Positions 54,406 to 64,000 of a stretch of DNA of 64,000 nt are shown piece after piece. The position numbers were made by a program, and so were the translations under genes. The notes under the pieces were generated by a model. It made no database searches, was not told the origin of the DNA, and saw only the letters and a program-made list of their open reading frames with translations. Numbering within the stretch: position 1 is the first letter of the stretch; each line of letters begins with the position of its first letter. Origin of the DNA: Syntrophales bacterium (GTDB lineage Bacteria; Desulfobacterota; Syntrophia; Syntrophales; UBA4778); NCBI GenBank assembly GCA_041946925.1, contig JBHGBI010000002.1, positions 67,299 through 131,298 of the forward strand. Reading direction: 5' to 3'.

Positions 54406-56106
54406 ATGGCTGAAGAAAGTATATATGCGAAAAAGCCCTGGCTGAAGTCCTACGAAGAAGGCGTTCCCGAGAAGATCGATTATGAAGAAATTTCCATGCC
54501 GGATATCCTGGACAGAACCGCCGGCCGGTTTCCCGAAAATACAGCCCTGATCTTTCAGGGCTACAGGATCAGCTATAAAGACACGAAAGACATGGTCGAC
54601 CGGTTCGCCACTTGCCTTGCCGATTTCGGCATCAAGCAGGGCGATGCGGTGGCTATCCTGCTTCCCAATCTGATTCCGTGCGTCGTGGCTTACTACGCCA
54701 TCATGAAATTGGGGGCCATAGCCGTCATGAACAACCCGCTCTATTCGGACCGGGAACTGGAATACCAGTTCAACGATTCCGGCTCCAGGGCGCTGGTTAC
54801 TCTTGATCTCCTGGGCAACAGGATGATCGATCTGCGCCCCAAGACGAAAATCAAGCAGATCGTCTATACATCCATCGGCGATTATCTTCCCTTTCCCAAG
54901 AACCTGCTTTTCCCCCTTATCGCGAAGAAAAAAAAGATGGCCGCGGATGTCAAGCCCGCAACGGATGTCTACAGGTGGAAAGACTGCATCGCGAAATACG
55001 AACCAAGGCCGCCGAAAGTGAAAATCGGTTTCGAAGATGTGGCGATGTACCAGTACACCGGGGGCACAACCGGTGTTTCCAAGGGGGTTATGCTGACCCA
55101 TGCCAACCTGAGCAAGCAGGTCCAGCAAATAAAGGCCTGGTTCCCCAAATTCCAGAGGGGCGCGGATATCATGCTCGGCGCCCTGCCCTTTTTCCATGTC
55201 TTCGGCCTTTCCACCGCCATGAATCATGCCATTAATATGGGATGGACCGACGTTCTCGTTCCCAGGCCCCAGCCGGGACCTCTCCTGGAAGCAATCCGGA
55301 AATTCAGGCCGACATTTGCTCCCCTTGTCCCGACCATGTACATAGGCATGCTGAATCATCCCGACCTGAAGAAAACGGATTTGACCTGCATCAAAGGATG
55401 CTTTTCGGGCAGTGCCCCGCTGCCGGTCGAGGTCATCCACGATTTTGAGAAGGCGACCGGCGCGGTTATCGTGGAGGGTTTCGGGCTGACCGAGACGACC
55501 CCGGTAACACATGTCAATCCCTTTGCCGGAGGTGCGCGAAAAGTCGGCAGCATCGGTGTGCCTATATCGGATACGGAAGCCCGCATTGTCGATCTGGAGA
55601 CTGGAGAGAAAGACATGCCCGTCGGCGAGGCCGGAGAATTGATAATCAGAGGTCCTCAGGTCATGAAAGGCTATTTGAACAAGCCGGAAGAGACGGCCGG
55701 CATGCTGAGGAACGGGTGGTGCTATACCGGCGATATCGCCAGGATGGATGAAGACGGATATTTCTACATTGTAGACCGCAAGAAGGACATGATCATTTCC
55801 GGCGGTTTCAATATTTATCCCCGGGATATCGACGAAGTCTTTTACGAGCATCCGAAAGTGCAGGAGGCCTGCACGATCGGAATTCCGGATCCCAGGAAGG
55901 GAGAGAATGTAAAGGTTTTCGTTGTCCTGAAGGAAGGAGAAACCGCCACGCGGGAGGAACTGATGGAATATTGCCGGTCCAGGCTGGCCGTGTACAAGCT
56001 TCCCCAGGAGATCGAATTCCGCAAGGAATTGCCCAAATCGACTGTGGGCAAGATCCTGAGGAAGGAACTCAAGGCGCAGGAGGTGGCTAAGAGAGGGAAG
56101 TTCTGA
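54406..56106 (+). CDS. fadD: long-chain/medium-chain fatty acid-CoA ligase (AMP-forming)
   Basis: MYQYTGGTTGVSKGVMLTH, GFGLTETTP, YTGDIARMDEDGYFYIVDRKKDMIISGGFNIYP and LPKSTVGKILRKEL are the acyl-CoA synthetase motifs. Confidence 0.92.
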   Translation: MAEESIYAKKPWLKSYEEGVPEKIDYEEISMPDILDRTAGRFPENTALIFQGYRISYKDTKDMVDRFATCLADFGIKQGDAVAILLPNLIPCVVAYYAIMKLGAIAVMNNPLYSDRELEYQFNDSGSRALVTLDLLGNRMIDLRPKTKIKQIVYTSIGDYLPFPKNLLFPLIAKKKKMAADVKPATDVYRWKDCIAKYEPRPPKVKIGFEDVAMYQYTGGTTGVSKGVMLTHANLSKQVQQIKAWFPKFQRGADIMLGALPFFHVFGLSTAMNHAINMGWTDVLVPRPQPGPLLEAIRKFRPTFAPLVPTMYIGMLNHPDLKKTDLTCIKGCFSGSAPLPVEVIHDFEKATGAVIVEGFGLTETTPVTHVNPFAGGARKVGSIGVPISDTEARIVDLETGEKDMPVGEAGELIIRGPQVMKGYLNKPEETAGMLRNGWCYTGDIARMDEDGYFYIVDRKKDMIISGGFNIYPRDIDEVFYEHPKVQEACTIGIPDPRKGENVKVFVVLKEGETATREELMEYCRSRLAVYKLPQEIEFRKELPKSTVGKILRKELKAQEVAKRGKF

Positions 56107-56136
56107 AGATGGGAAGTTGAGAAAAAAAGGATATAA

Positions 56137-56277
56137 GTATCCCCCTTTTGTAAAGGTAAAATAGTATCCCCTTTTCATAAAGGGAAAATGAAACCCCCCT
56201 TTTGTAAAGGGGGGTAGGGGGATTTAAGTATGTATCAAATCTCCCCCGCCCCCTCTTTTCTAAAGAGGGGGGTGAGG
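56137..56277 (+). repeat. family-a multi-hairpin repeat (U4-U5-U1-U2)
   Basis: The same units as at 54135-54333 appear in a cyclically shifted order. The listed ORF 56087..56350 is spurious. Confidence 0.85.
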
Positions 56278-56367
56278 ATTTGTTGGAGAAGGGAAGAGTG
56301 TCGGTCGAACCCCGCAAACACGGCCATTCTCTTTCAGGAGCCATAAACAAGACAAAACGAGGTCCAT

Positions 56368-57144
56368 ATGATCAAATTTCAGGCTATCGAAGAGATCAAA
56401 ATTGCATACTGGATGAACGATCAGGGATTCCAGGAGAGCAGACGGGATCTGGTATTCATTCACGGCTCGGGCGGCGATCATACGAATTGGGAATATCAGT
56501 ACAATGCCATGGCGGATGATTTCAACATTGTGGCGATTGACCTCCCGGGCCATGGACAATCAGGAGGAAACGGGGAACAGGAAGTAAGCCGCTATGTTGA
56601 ATGGATCAGGAAACTCATCGAAGGGATCGGTTTCAGGAAGCCTGTCCTTGTGGGCCATTCTCTCGGCGCGGCGATCAGTCTGACCTTCGCTGTCCGGCAC
56701 GGGGATCTCCTTTCCGGGATCGTGCCGGTAGGCGGCGGAGTCAAAATGCCGGTGAATCCTATGATCCTCGATGGACTGAAAAAAGATGTCGCCGCAACAG
56801 TGGCCATCATCGTGAAATTTTCATTGACCAGGGAAAACCGGGAGAAATGGTCGGGACCGCTATTCGAAAACCTGATGAAATCGAATCCCGGGGTAACCTA
56901 CGGAGATCTGTATGCCTGCGACAGGCTGGATATCACGAATGATGTCCCCGGAATAACCGTTCCGACCCTGGTTGTCTGCGGCGCTGATGATAAGATGACT
57001 CCTCCGGCAAACTCGCGGTTCCTTGCGGAGCGGATTCCCGGCGCCAGTCTGGCGCTTATAGATAAAGCCGGCCACTTTGTCATGATGGAAAATGCGGAGG
57101 ATTTTAACAGGGCATTAAAAGAATTCGTGCTCTCATTGAAGTGA
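56368..57144 (+). CDS. alpha/beta-fold hydrolase
   Basis: LVFIHGSGGDH, nucleophile elbow GHSLGA, and a late GHFVMME His motif. Confidence 0.85.
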   Translation: MIKFQAIEEIKIAYWMNDQGFQESRRDLVFIHGSGGDHTNWEYQYNAMADDFNIVAIDLPGHGQSGGNGEQEVSRYVEWIRKLIEGIGFRKPVLVGHSLGAAISLTFAVRHGDLLSGIVPVGGGVKMPVNPMILDGLKKDVAATVAIIVKFSLTRENREKWSGPLFENLMKSNPGVTYGDLYACDRLDITNDVPGITVPTLVVCGADDKMTPPANSRFLAERIPGASLALIDKAGHFVMMENAEDFNRALKEFVLSLK

Positions 57145-57149
57145 GGGGT

Positions 57150-57215
57150 TTAGTTCCCCCTCCCTTCTTGATTTAAGGTTCCCCTCTTTAGCAAAAGAGG
57201 GGATAGGGCAGATGT
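57150..57215. repeat. family-a-related hairpin repeat (diverged)
   Basis: The hairpin CCCCTCTTTAGCAAAAGAGGGG is flanked by GATTTAAGG-like and GGGCAGATGTGAT-like arms. Confidence 0.55.
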
Positions 57216-57271
57216 GATTAAAATTGTCATTCACCGATCCCGGTTCCAGTCCGGGCGAGGCTTGATTTATG

Positions 57272-57371
57272 CCCTTCGACAAGCTCAGGATGATAATTCA
57301 TAATAGCTTGTCATGGTGAGCTCGTCGAACCATGACAAGTCGCGAACTTGATTGATACGCTCAGAATGACG
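57272..57371 (+). repeat. family-b composite repeat
   Basis: It comprises CCCTTCGACAAGCTCAGGATGAT (57272-57294), a perfect 10-bp hairpin CTTGTCATGG/CCATGACAAG (57307-57339), and a partial core GCTCAGAATGACG (57359-57371). Confidence 0.75.
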
Positions 57372-57499
57372 AGATATGAATCCCTGGATTCGCCGATCAA
57401 GCCGGCGAATAACAGGAGCTTTTACTCCCCCTTTATCAAAGGTTTTCTAAAGGGGTATCGGCGTAATCTCTTGCTGAGTCGAAGGAGTATCGAAAAATA

Positions 57500-57955
57500 A
57501 TGGCTAAAGTTTTAATCATCTACCATTCCCAGACGGGCAATACCGAAAAGATGGCTGCTGCCGTTTCCGAAGGAGCCCGGAGCATAGCGGGTTGTCAAGT
57601 AGTGTTGAAAAAAGCCGGTGAGGCAAACCTCGAGGATCTCCTGTCTTCGGACGGCCTTGCAATCGGCACTCCGGAAAACTTCGGCTACATGTCCGGGTTG
57701 GTCAAGGACTTCTTTGACCGTACATTTTATCCGGCCCAGGGAAAAGTTTTCCGCAAGCCCTATGTAGTCTTTATCAGCGCTGGAAACGACGGAACCGGCG
57801 CGCTCAGCAGTATCGAGAGGATCGCGGCCGGCTACAAATTCAAGAAGGTATACGAGCCGGTAATTGTCAGGAAGAAAGTCTCTGAAGAAGACCTGGAGAA
57901 ATGCAGGGAGCTCGGGAAAATTTTGGCGGCGGGTTGCGTGGAAGGAATATTTTAA
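57500..57955 (+). CDS. flavodoxin-like protein
   Basis: KVLIIYHSQTGNTEKMA is the FMN phosphate-binding loop. 151 aa. Confidence 0.85.
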   Translation: MAKVLIIYHSQTGNTEKMAAAVSEGARSIAGCQVVLKKAGEANLEDLLSSDGLAIGTPENFGYMSGLVKDFFDRTFYPAQGKVFRKPYVVFISAGNDGTGALSSIERIAAGYKFKKVYEPVIVRKKVSEEDLEKCRELGKILAAGCVEGIF

Positions 57956-58044
57956 GGTTCAAGGCGAAAAATAAACTACTATATCCATCCAGCTTATTTT
58001 CTCCGCCCTTTAGCCGTTTGCCTTTAGCCATGCGCCAGGCTTTT

Positions 58045-59253
58045 TCATGCCCCGAATTTTTCGAGCCGCCTGGCATGCGCCAGGGCGAGACCCATCAGAT
58101 AAACCATGGGCATCCTCCCCAATCCCCCGTAGAGGCAATCCCTTTCTCCGAATCGTTCCACCCGGTCGGGCCTGCATGTCTTTGAGTGCAGAATCACCGG
58201 CACAGGGTGCCAGCTATGGGAGGCGAGCGCCGCCGGCGTCGAATGATCCCCGGTGATGACCAGGACATCCGGCTCGAGCCCGGTGACCAGCGGAATCAGG
58301 GAATCGACCTCCTCGATAACTTTCACCTTGGCATCGAAGTCGCCGTCTTCGCCTCTGGAGTCGGTCGGCTTGACATGGACGAAAAAGAAATCGAACTTTG
58401 TGTAACTGTCGCGCAGAACTGCGATCTCATCCCGTATAGAGTCCGCCGGCGGGGCCACCGACATGCCCAGGAGCCGGGATATGCCCCTGTACATCGGGTA
58501 GCCGGCGATGGCGCAGGCATCGAGTCCGAATCTCTCTCTTATCGAAGGGTATTGTCGATAACGGGAATATCCCCTCAGAAGAAGCATGTTGGCTTTTTCC
58601 TCATCTCTGAGTATTCGCCCGGCTTTTTCCAGGATGTTCGAGATGATCTTCGCGGTTGCTTGTGCTTGCGGGATCAGCGCCAGCGGGGGAAGGGGTTTTA
58701 ACCCTGTCTTCTGCGGATCCGTCTCCTGGATCTCCTCATGCAGACCCTCGCCTCTCAAGACAAGGACCGCCCGGTGCTCTTTGACGGGTTCAAAGAAAAC
58801 CTCGATCCCGGATTCCCGGCGGATATTCTCCTGCAGTTTCTTGCAGATTCTCTTGTTTGTCTCATTGCTGATCCGGCCGGCCCGCCTGTCGATAACGAAG
58901 CCGTCCCTGTCGATCGTTGCAAAATTGATCCGGACGAGGAGATCCTTTTTCGTCATCGGGTAATCGATTCCCGCGGCTTCCAGCAACCCCCGGCCGATGT
59001 TGTTCGTGATCGGATCATATCCGAAAAGCGCGAAGTGGGCCGGTCCGCTTCCGGGGGTGATGCCGGGTCCCACTGGATCGAGCAATCCGCAGACAGAAGA
59101 CATCGCCAGGCGGTCGAGATTCGGCGTGCGGGCGGTTTCGAGCTCCGTCCCCTCCCTTCCGGGGATCGGCAAACCTCCGAGACCGTCCATGATCAAGAAG
59201 ACGATTTTCGTGCTGTTCCGGACGATAAGAGTATCGATCAGTTCAGGGTTCAT
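58045..59253 (-). CDS. apgM: cofactor-independent phosphoglycerate mutase, archaeal type
   Basis: KIVFLIMDGLGGLP..TPNLDRLA..GSGPAHFALFGYDP..FFFVHVKPTDSRGEDGD..VITGDHSTP are ApgM / metalloenzyme-superfamily motifs. Confidence 0.9.
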   Translation of the reverse strand: MNPELIDTLIVRNSTKIVFLIMDGLGGLPIPGREGTELETARTPNLDRLAMSSVCGLLDPVGPGITPGSGPAHFALFGYDPITNNIGRGLLEAAGIDYPMTKKDLLVRINFATIDRDGFVIDRRAGRISNETNKRICKKLQENIRRESGIEVFFEPVKEHRAVLVLRGEGLHEEIQETDPQKTGLKPLPPLALIPQAQATAKIISNILEKAGRILRDEEKANMLLLRGYSRYRQYPSIRERFGLDACAIAGYPMYRGISRLLGMSVAPPADSIRDEIAVLRDSYTKFDFFFVHVKPTDSRGEDGDFDAKVKVIEEVDSLIPLVTGLEPDVLVITGDHSTPAALASHSWHPVPVILHSKTCRPDRVERFGERDCLYGGLGRMPMVYLMGLALAHARRLEKFGA

Positions 59254-59381
59254 TTTTTCCTCGTGTCGGGTGAAATGTCACGTCATGGTTCGACAGCCCG
59301 CCATGACAAGAAGCCCCTTTTTTACAAGGCCGTCAACGCTGAATTTAAAACGATCCCGTCTGAAAAGCAATTACAAGATTT

Positions 59382-59409
59382 AAAAAAGGGGGACTGACGC
59401 CCCCCTTTT
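59382..59409 (-). terminator. rho-independent terminator downstream of the acyl-CoA dehydrogenase gene
   Basis: On the minus strand GGGGG-CGTCAGT-CCCCC is followed by T6 (plus-strand A-run 59382-59387). Confidence 0.7.
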
Positions 59410-59494
59410 CCATTCCCGATAATCTCCGATTACAGGCCTTGCCCAGGCGGCTGAGATCGACAACCTGGCCTGATACCCGCAACCTGGTCTTGAA

Positions 59495-60643
59495 TTACCT
59501 CGCTCCCAGGAGCTTGCGGGCGATGACCATCCGCTGGATTTCGTTTGTGCCTTCGTAAATCTGGCAGATCTTGGCGTCTCTCATGTGGCGCTCGGCCGGG
59601 TATTCCTTGCAGTATCCGTACCCGCCGAAGATCTGTACGCCTTCGATGGCGGCCCGCATGGCCACGTCAGATGCGTACATCTTCGCCATGGCCGATTCTT
59701 TTTCGTAATCCATGTGATTGTCCTCCATCCAGGCGGCGCGCAGGAGCATCAGCTCGGCGGCATCGAGTTCGGTCGCCATGTCGGCAAGCTTGAACTGGAT
59801 TGCCTGGAAAGTGGAAATCGGTTTACCGAACTGGACTCTCTCCTTCGCATAATTGAGGGCGTCTTCCAGGGCGGCCCTGCCGATGCCGCATGCCTGGGAG
59901 CCGATCCCGATGCGACCGCAGTCGAGCCCCATCATCATCTGCTTGAATCCCTGTCCGGGCTTCCCGAGCAGATTGGCCGCCGGAACCTCCGCGTCCTCGA
60001 ACACGAGCTCAGCCGTACCGGAGGCGAGGATACCCATTTTCTCCTCGATCTTGCCCAGGGAGAAGCCCTTGGTGTTCTTCAGGTCGACGATGAGGTTGAT
60101 GACTCCCTTGTAACCGATGCTCGGATCCGTTGTGCAGGCCAGGACGCAGTAATGGGCGACATTGCCGTTCGTGATAAAACGCTTGGTTCCATTCACGATG
60201 TATTTATCCCCTTTCAACTCGGCGCGGCAGGCGAGAGACGCCGCATCCGAACCCGCGCCGGCTTCGGTCAGCGCATAGCAGCCTTCCACTTTTCCGCCAG
60301 CGACCGGGGTGAGGTACTTCTTTTTCTGCTCTTCCGTTCCGAAGGTGTTTACCGGGTAACCGTACAGGGAGTTGTTGACGGATACGATGACGCCGGTGCT
60401 CGCGCAGGCCTTGGAGATCGCTATCATGCAGAGAACGTAAGTAACGTTGTCCATACCCGCTCCGCCGTATTCCGTCGGAATGGAAACTCCCATGATTCCC
60501 ATCTCGCCGAGCTTGCGGCAGATCTCTTCAGGGTGCCTGTGAGTCCTGTCGAGTTCCGCGGCGATGGGCTTGATCTGCGTCTCCGCGAATCTGGTTACCT
60601 GATCCTTTACCATTTGTTGTTCTTCTGTGAGTCCAAAATTCAT
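59495..60643 (-). CDS. short/medium-chain acyl-CoA dehydrogenase (butyryl-CoA dehydrogenase-like)
   Basis: MNFGLTEEQQMVKD..GCYALTEAGAGSDA..IYEGTNEIQRMVIAR are ACAD signatures. 382 aa. Confidence 0.93.
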   Translation of the reverse strand: MNFGLTEEQQMVKDQVTRFAETQIKPIAAELDRTHRHPEEICRKLGEMGIMGVSIPTEYGGAGMDNVTYVLCMIAISKACASTGVIVSVNNSLYGYPVNTFGTEEQKKKYLTPVAGGKVEGCYALTEAGAGSDAASLACRAELKGDKYIVNGTKRFITNGNVAHYCVLACTTDPSIGYKGVINLIVDLKNTKGFSLGKIEEKMGILASGTAELVFEDAEVPAANLLGKPGQGFKQMMMGLDCGRIGIGSQACGIGRAALEDALNYAKERVQFGKPISTFQAIQFKLADMATELDAAELMLLRAAWMEDNHMDYEKESAMAKMYASDVAMRAAIEGVQIFGGYGYCKEYPAERHMRDAKICQIYEGTNEIQRMVIARKLLGAR

Positions 60644-60793
60644 CTCCTTACCTCCTTTTTAGTTACCGTTCAAATGATGCCTGAAACGGGACGCGGCCGA
60701 TCCGCATCCCGAAGTCTCAATACGGATCCGAAACAATGATCCTTTTACACGGTATAGAACACTTAGACTGGACTGTTATGCTGAGCTTAGCCT

Positions 60794-60868
60794 GTCCTGA
60801 GCTTGCCGAAGGAAAAAATGACGTAAAATCACCAGCCTATATTCACCCTTCGGCTGGCTCAGGGCGAC
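60794..60868. repeat. family-b inverted pair
   Basis: GTCCTGAGCTTGCCGAAGG (60794-60812, reverse orientation) faces CCCTTCGGCTGGCTCAGGGCGAC (60846-60868, forward orientation). Confidence 0.7.
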
Positions 60869-60892
60869 AATTTTGGACTTTTTACGAGACCA

Positions 60893-61675
60893 TCAATGGT
60901 GGACAAAAACGGCTTTTCTCTTTTCGAGGAAGGCCTTCATTCCTTCTTTTTGGTCGTCGGTGCTGAAGCACTGTGCACAGCATTCCATCTCGAGCCGGTT
61001 GGCGCTGTCCAGGCCGAGATCGTAGCCGTAATTGATGGAGTGCTTGGCCATCTTCATGACGAAACCGGACAGTCTCGCCAGCTTCTTGGCGAATTTCTTC
61101 GTTTCCGCAAGGAGCTGATCTGCAGGATACACGCGATTGACCAGGCCGATCTCATAAGCCCTTTTCGCGTCGATCTGCTCGCCGCCCATGATGATCTCTT
61201 TCGCCCTGCCCATTCCGATCAGGCGGGGGAGTCTTTGCGTCCCCCCCCATCCCGGGATCAGGCCGATCAGTACCTCGGGTTGTCCGAAACGGGCGTTTTC
61301 GGAGGCGAACCGCATATCGCAGGACATGGCGATCTCTGTTCCCCCGCCGAGGGCAAAACCATTTACAGCGGCGATGGACGGCTTCGGCATGGTTTCAATG
61401 AGCCGCAGGGTCTCGTGTCCCAGCTCCATGAAAGCAAGCGCCTGATACGGCTTCATATCCTGCATTTGCGAGATATCGGCGCCAGCTACGAAGGCCTTTT
61501 CGCCCGCGCCGGTCAGGATCAGCGCCCTGATGCCGTCGTCATTCTTTACGCGCGTCGCCGCATCAAGAAGCTCGCCCATTGTGTCCGAATTCATGGCGTT
61601 GAGGGCCTTGGGTCTGTTGAACGTCACTATTGCGACACCTTCATCGATTTCGAACAGGATATTCTTGTATTCCAT
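60893..61675 (-). CDS. enoyl-CoA hydratase (crotonase family)
   Basis: VAIVTFNRPKALNAM..LILTGAGEKAFVAGADI..NGFALGGGTEIAMSCD are crotonase motifs. Confidence 0.92.
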   Translation of the reverse strand: MEYKNILFEIDEGVAIVTFNRPKALNAMNSDTMGELLDAATRVKNDDGIRALILTGAGEKAFVAGADISQMQDMKPYQALAFMELGHETLRLIETMPKPSIAAVNGFALGGGTEIAMSCDMRFASENARFGQPEVLIGLIPGWGGTQRLPRLIGMGRAKEIIMGGEQIDAKRAYEIGLVNRVYPADQLLAETKKFAKKLARLSGFVMKMAKHSINYGYDLGLDSANRLEMECCAQCFSTDDQKEGMKAFLEKRKAVFVHH

Positions 61676-61704
61676 TCAGTGTTCCTCCTTTATTTTTTTA
61701 ATTT

Positions 61705-61920
61705 CACCCTCCCCTCCCCCTCCCGTCAAGGGAGGGGGATCTCGAGGCATGTTCAATTCCGCTGTATCCCCCTGTTTATCACCGCTGTATATCTCCCCCC
61801 TTTTTAAAGGGGGCCTTTCTATACCCCCTTTTAGAAAAGGGGGGCAGGGGGGATTTGAATCCCCATTTGCCATGTTAAATCTCCCCTCCCCTCGTGGGAG
61901 GGGATTATGGAGAGGGGGAT
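61705..61920. repeat. family-a-related multi-hairpin repeat (diverged copy)
   Basis: Hairpins CCCTCCCGTCAAGGGAGGG, CCCCCCTTTTTAAAGGGGG, CCCCCTTTTAGAAAAGGGGGG followed by CAGGGGGGATTTGAAT, and AAATCTCCCCTCCCCTCGTGGGAGGGG. The listed ORFs 61530..61922 and 61676..61987 are spurious. Confidence 0.8.
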
Positions 61921-61928
61921 GAATTCTA

Positions 61929-62786
61929 TTACTTGCTGTAATCGTAAAATCCTCTCCCCGTCTTCCTTCCCATGTAGCCGGCGTCAACGTATTTCTTCAA
62001 AAGCGGGCACGGCCGGTATTTGGAATCGCCGAAACCCCTGTAGAGGACGTCCATGATCGCCCAGCAGGTGTCAAGCCCGATCAGGTCGGCAAGCGCGAGC
62101 GGTCCCATCGGATGATTCATACCGAGCACCATGATATCGTCGATGGCCTTCGGCGTGCCCACTCCTTCCATGAGGGCGTAAACGGCCTCGTTGATCATCG
62201 GCATGAGGATCCTGTTGGATATGAAGCCGGGGAAATCGTTGCATTCGACGGGGACTTTTCCGAACTGCTTGGAGAGGCTTTCCGTCAGATTGTAAGTCTC
62301 CTGGGAGGTCGCAAGACCCCGGATGATCTCCACCAGTCTCATTACGGGAACGGGGTTCATGAAATGCATTCCGATGACCAGGGCGGGCCTCTTGGTGGCT
62401 CCGGCGATTCTCGTTATCGGGATCGAAGACGTATTGGTTGCGAGCACTACGCCGGGTTTGCAGATTTCGTCGAGTTTCTTGAATATCCCGAGCTTCAGGT
62501 CCTCTTTTTCGACCGCCGCCTCGACACAGAAATCCGCATCCTTCATGTCTTCGAGTTTCGTGCTTTTCTTTATCCTGCCCAGGATTTCCTTTTTCTGGTC
62601 GGCGGTGAGCTTTTCCTTGGCAACCAGGCGATCCAGATTTTTCGAAATCGTGTCGTAGCCCCTGTCGACAAACTGATCCGCGATATCGTTCATGATGACA
62701 TTGAGACCGCCCGGATAGGCGGCAACCTGCGCGATACCGTTGCCCATCTGACCTGCACCAATCACACCAATCGTTTTTACAGTCAT
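61929..62786 (-). CDS. hbd: 3-hydroxybutyryl-CoA dehydrogenase
   Basis: [21 protein letters not shown] Rossmann start, with GAGGAGG upstream of ATG 62786. The listed ORF (to 63068) is over-extended into the thiolase gene. Confidence 0.93.
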   Translation of the reverse strand: MTVKTIGVIGAGQMGNGIAQVAAYPGGLNVIMNDIADQFVDRGYDTISKNLDRLVAKEKLTADQKKEILGRIKKSTKLEDMKDADFCVEAAVEKEDLKLGIFKKLDEICKPGVVLATNTSSIPITRIAGATKRPALVIGMHFMNPVPVMRLVEIIRGLATSQETYNLTESLSKQFGKVPVECNDFPGFISNRILMPMINEAVYALMEGVGTPKAIDDIMVLGMNHPMGPLALADLIGLDTCWAIMDVLYRGFGDSKYRPCPLLKKYVDAGYMGRKTGRGFYDYSK

Positions 62787-62863
62787 TTCCTTCCCTCCTC
62801 GCTTGAAATTGAAAATGGGTTGAAGGGCGGCCTGCTCATGGGCCGCCCCCGGCGAATTTATTC

Positions 62864-64000
62864 CTATACTCTTTCCAGGACAATGGCCATACCCTGACCG
62901 CCGCCGATACAGAGAGAGGCCAGTCCGAGCTTGAGATTCTTTTTCTTCATCTGCGATGCCAGTGTGTAGGTGATTCTGGCGCCCGTGCACCCGATCGGAT
63001 GACCGATGGAGATACCGCTCCCGTTGATATTGCACCTGTCGAGGTCGATCCCCAGCTCCTTGATGCACCCGAGGGCCTGGACGGCGAACGCTTCATTGAG
63101 CTCGATCAGATCGATATTCTTCATGGTGAGATCGAGTTTCTTGAAGAGCTTTTTCACGGCCGGGATCGGGCCCAATCCCATGTAAGCGGGATCCACGCCG
63201 CCGGAGGCCCAGCCCCTGATTTTCACCATCGGCTTGAGGCCCAGTTCTTTCGCTTTATCGGCGCTCATGATCAGCATCGCGCAGGCGCCGTCGTTGATAC
63301 CGGAGGCGTTTCCGGCCGTGACCGTCCCACCTTTTTTGAAAACAGGCGGCAGCTTGGCCATTTTTTCGAGAGAAGTGTCCATCGGCCTTTCATCCACGTT
63401 GAAGATCTTAGGATCGCCCTTTTTCTGCGGGATAACGACCGGCACGATTTCATCGGCGACGGCGCCGCTGGCAATGGCCGCTCTCGCCCTGCGGTGGCTC
63501 TCGTACGCCAGTTTATCCTGTTCTTCTCTCGTGATTCCGTATTTCTCCGCAATGTTTTCCGCCGTGAACCCCATGTGGTAGGAATTGAATATCTCCCATA
63601 AGCCGTCGTGGACCATCAGGTCCGTTACCTGGCCGAAGGGCATGTTCATCCGGTATCCCCAGCGGGCATTGGGTAATGCATAGGGAACGTTGCTCATGTT
63701 TTCCATGCCGCCCGCGACCACGATTTCAGCCTCACCGGCCATGATCGCCTGCGCGGCGAGGGCCACCGCCTTCATCCCCGAAGCGCAGACCTTCTGTACT
63801 GTGAAGACATTGGTCTCTTCGGGAAGACCGGCGTAAATGGACGACTGCCGCGGGGGATTCTGTCCCATACCCGCTGTCAGCACGTTTCCCATGATCACTT
63901 CGTCTATGTAAACGGGCTTCAGCGAATTATCATAATCGTAGTATTTTTTCTGAATCTGGGTCATGTCGAATTCGCCGAAGGCGCGGGGGCGGCAGTCCTT
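62864..64000 (-). CDS. acetyl-CoA C-acetyltransferase (thiolase), 5' end beyond the window
   Basis: VCASGMKAV (active-site Cys), [19 protein letters not shown] and CIGGGQGMA are thiolase motifs. The frame stays open upstream of the listed ATG 63964 to the window edge. Confidence 0.92.
   Translation of the reverse strand, partial: KDCRPRAFGEFDMTQIQKKYYDYDNSLKPVYIDEVIMGNVLTAGMGQNPPRQSSIYAGLPEETNVFTVQKVCASGMKAVALAAQAIMAGEAEIVVAGGMENMSNVPYALPNARWGYRMNMPFGQVTDLMVHDGLWEIFNSYHMGFTAENIAEKYGITREEQDKLAYESHRRARAAIASGAVADEIVPVVIPQKKGDPKIFNVDERPMDTSLEKMAKLPPVFKKGGTVTAGNASGINDGACAMLIMSADKAKELGLKPMVKIRGWASGGVDPAYMGLGPIPAVKKLFKKLDLTMKNIDLIELNEAFAVQALGCIKELGIDLDRCNINGSGISIGHPIGCTGARITYTLASQMKKKNLKLGLASLCIGGGQGMAIVLERV

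Overview
The window looks like a core-genome segment of a strictly anaerobic, Syntrophus-like deltaproteobacterium. That taxonomic call is inferred from gene content only. I found no rRNA, tRNA, CRISPR array, transposase, integrase, phage genes or recognisable defence system.

Gene order, left to right:
- nusA (3' end)-infB-DUF503-rbfA-nrnA-truB-rpsO-pnp translation/RNA operon
- M16 peptidase, dut, a DUF39 homocysteine-synthesis protein and ftsB
- a leader with a c-di-GMP-I (GEMM-I)-like riboswitch, then pilMNOPQ
- queF, a TPR protein, pepP, gcvH, an lplA-like gene, rpsU, a LOG-family gene, holA and a NYN-domain gene
- a lipid A aminoarabinose cluster (arnT-arnB-arnC-split arnA-arnD)
- a second DHH phosphoesterase, rpe, a lipoprotein and waaA
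- a four-subunit 2-oxoacid:ferredoxin oxidoreductase
- a Tat-exported flavoprotein beside a heptaheme cytochrome c
- an SDR, a GT39-TPR membrane protein, an FmdB zinc ribbon, long-form hflX and a porin
- a syntrophy-type energy module: acs, etfBA, a membrane FeS oxidoreductase, fadD, a hydrolase and flavodoxin
- apgM and a minus-strand acd-ech-hbd-thiolase beta-oxidation operon

No clearly novel multi-gene system is visible. The observations most worth follow-up are:
- the riboswitch in front of the pilus genes
- a compact small gene or leader with an operator-like palindrome and two terminators upstream of the oxidoreductase operon
- a probable ATT start codon for hflX
- an early terminator in the acs leader
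- the flavoprotein-cytochrome pair
- three families of hairpin repeats that fill many intergenic gaps

Everything was done by eye. Coordinates of RNA and regulatory elements are approximate to a few nucleotides.
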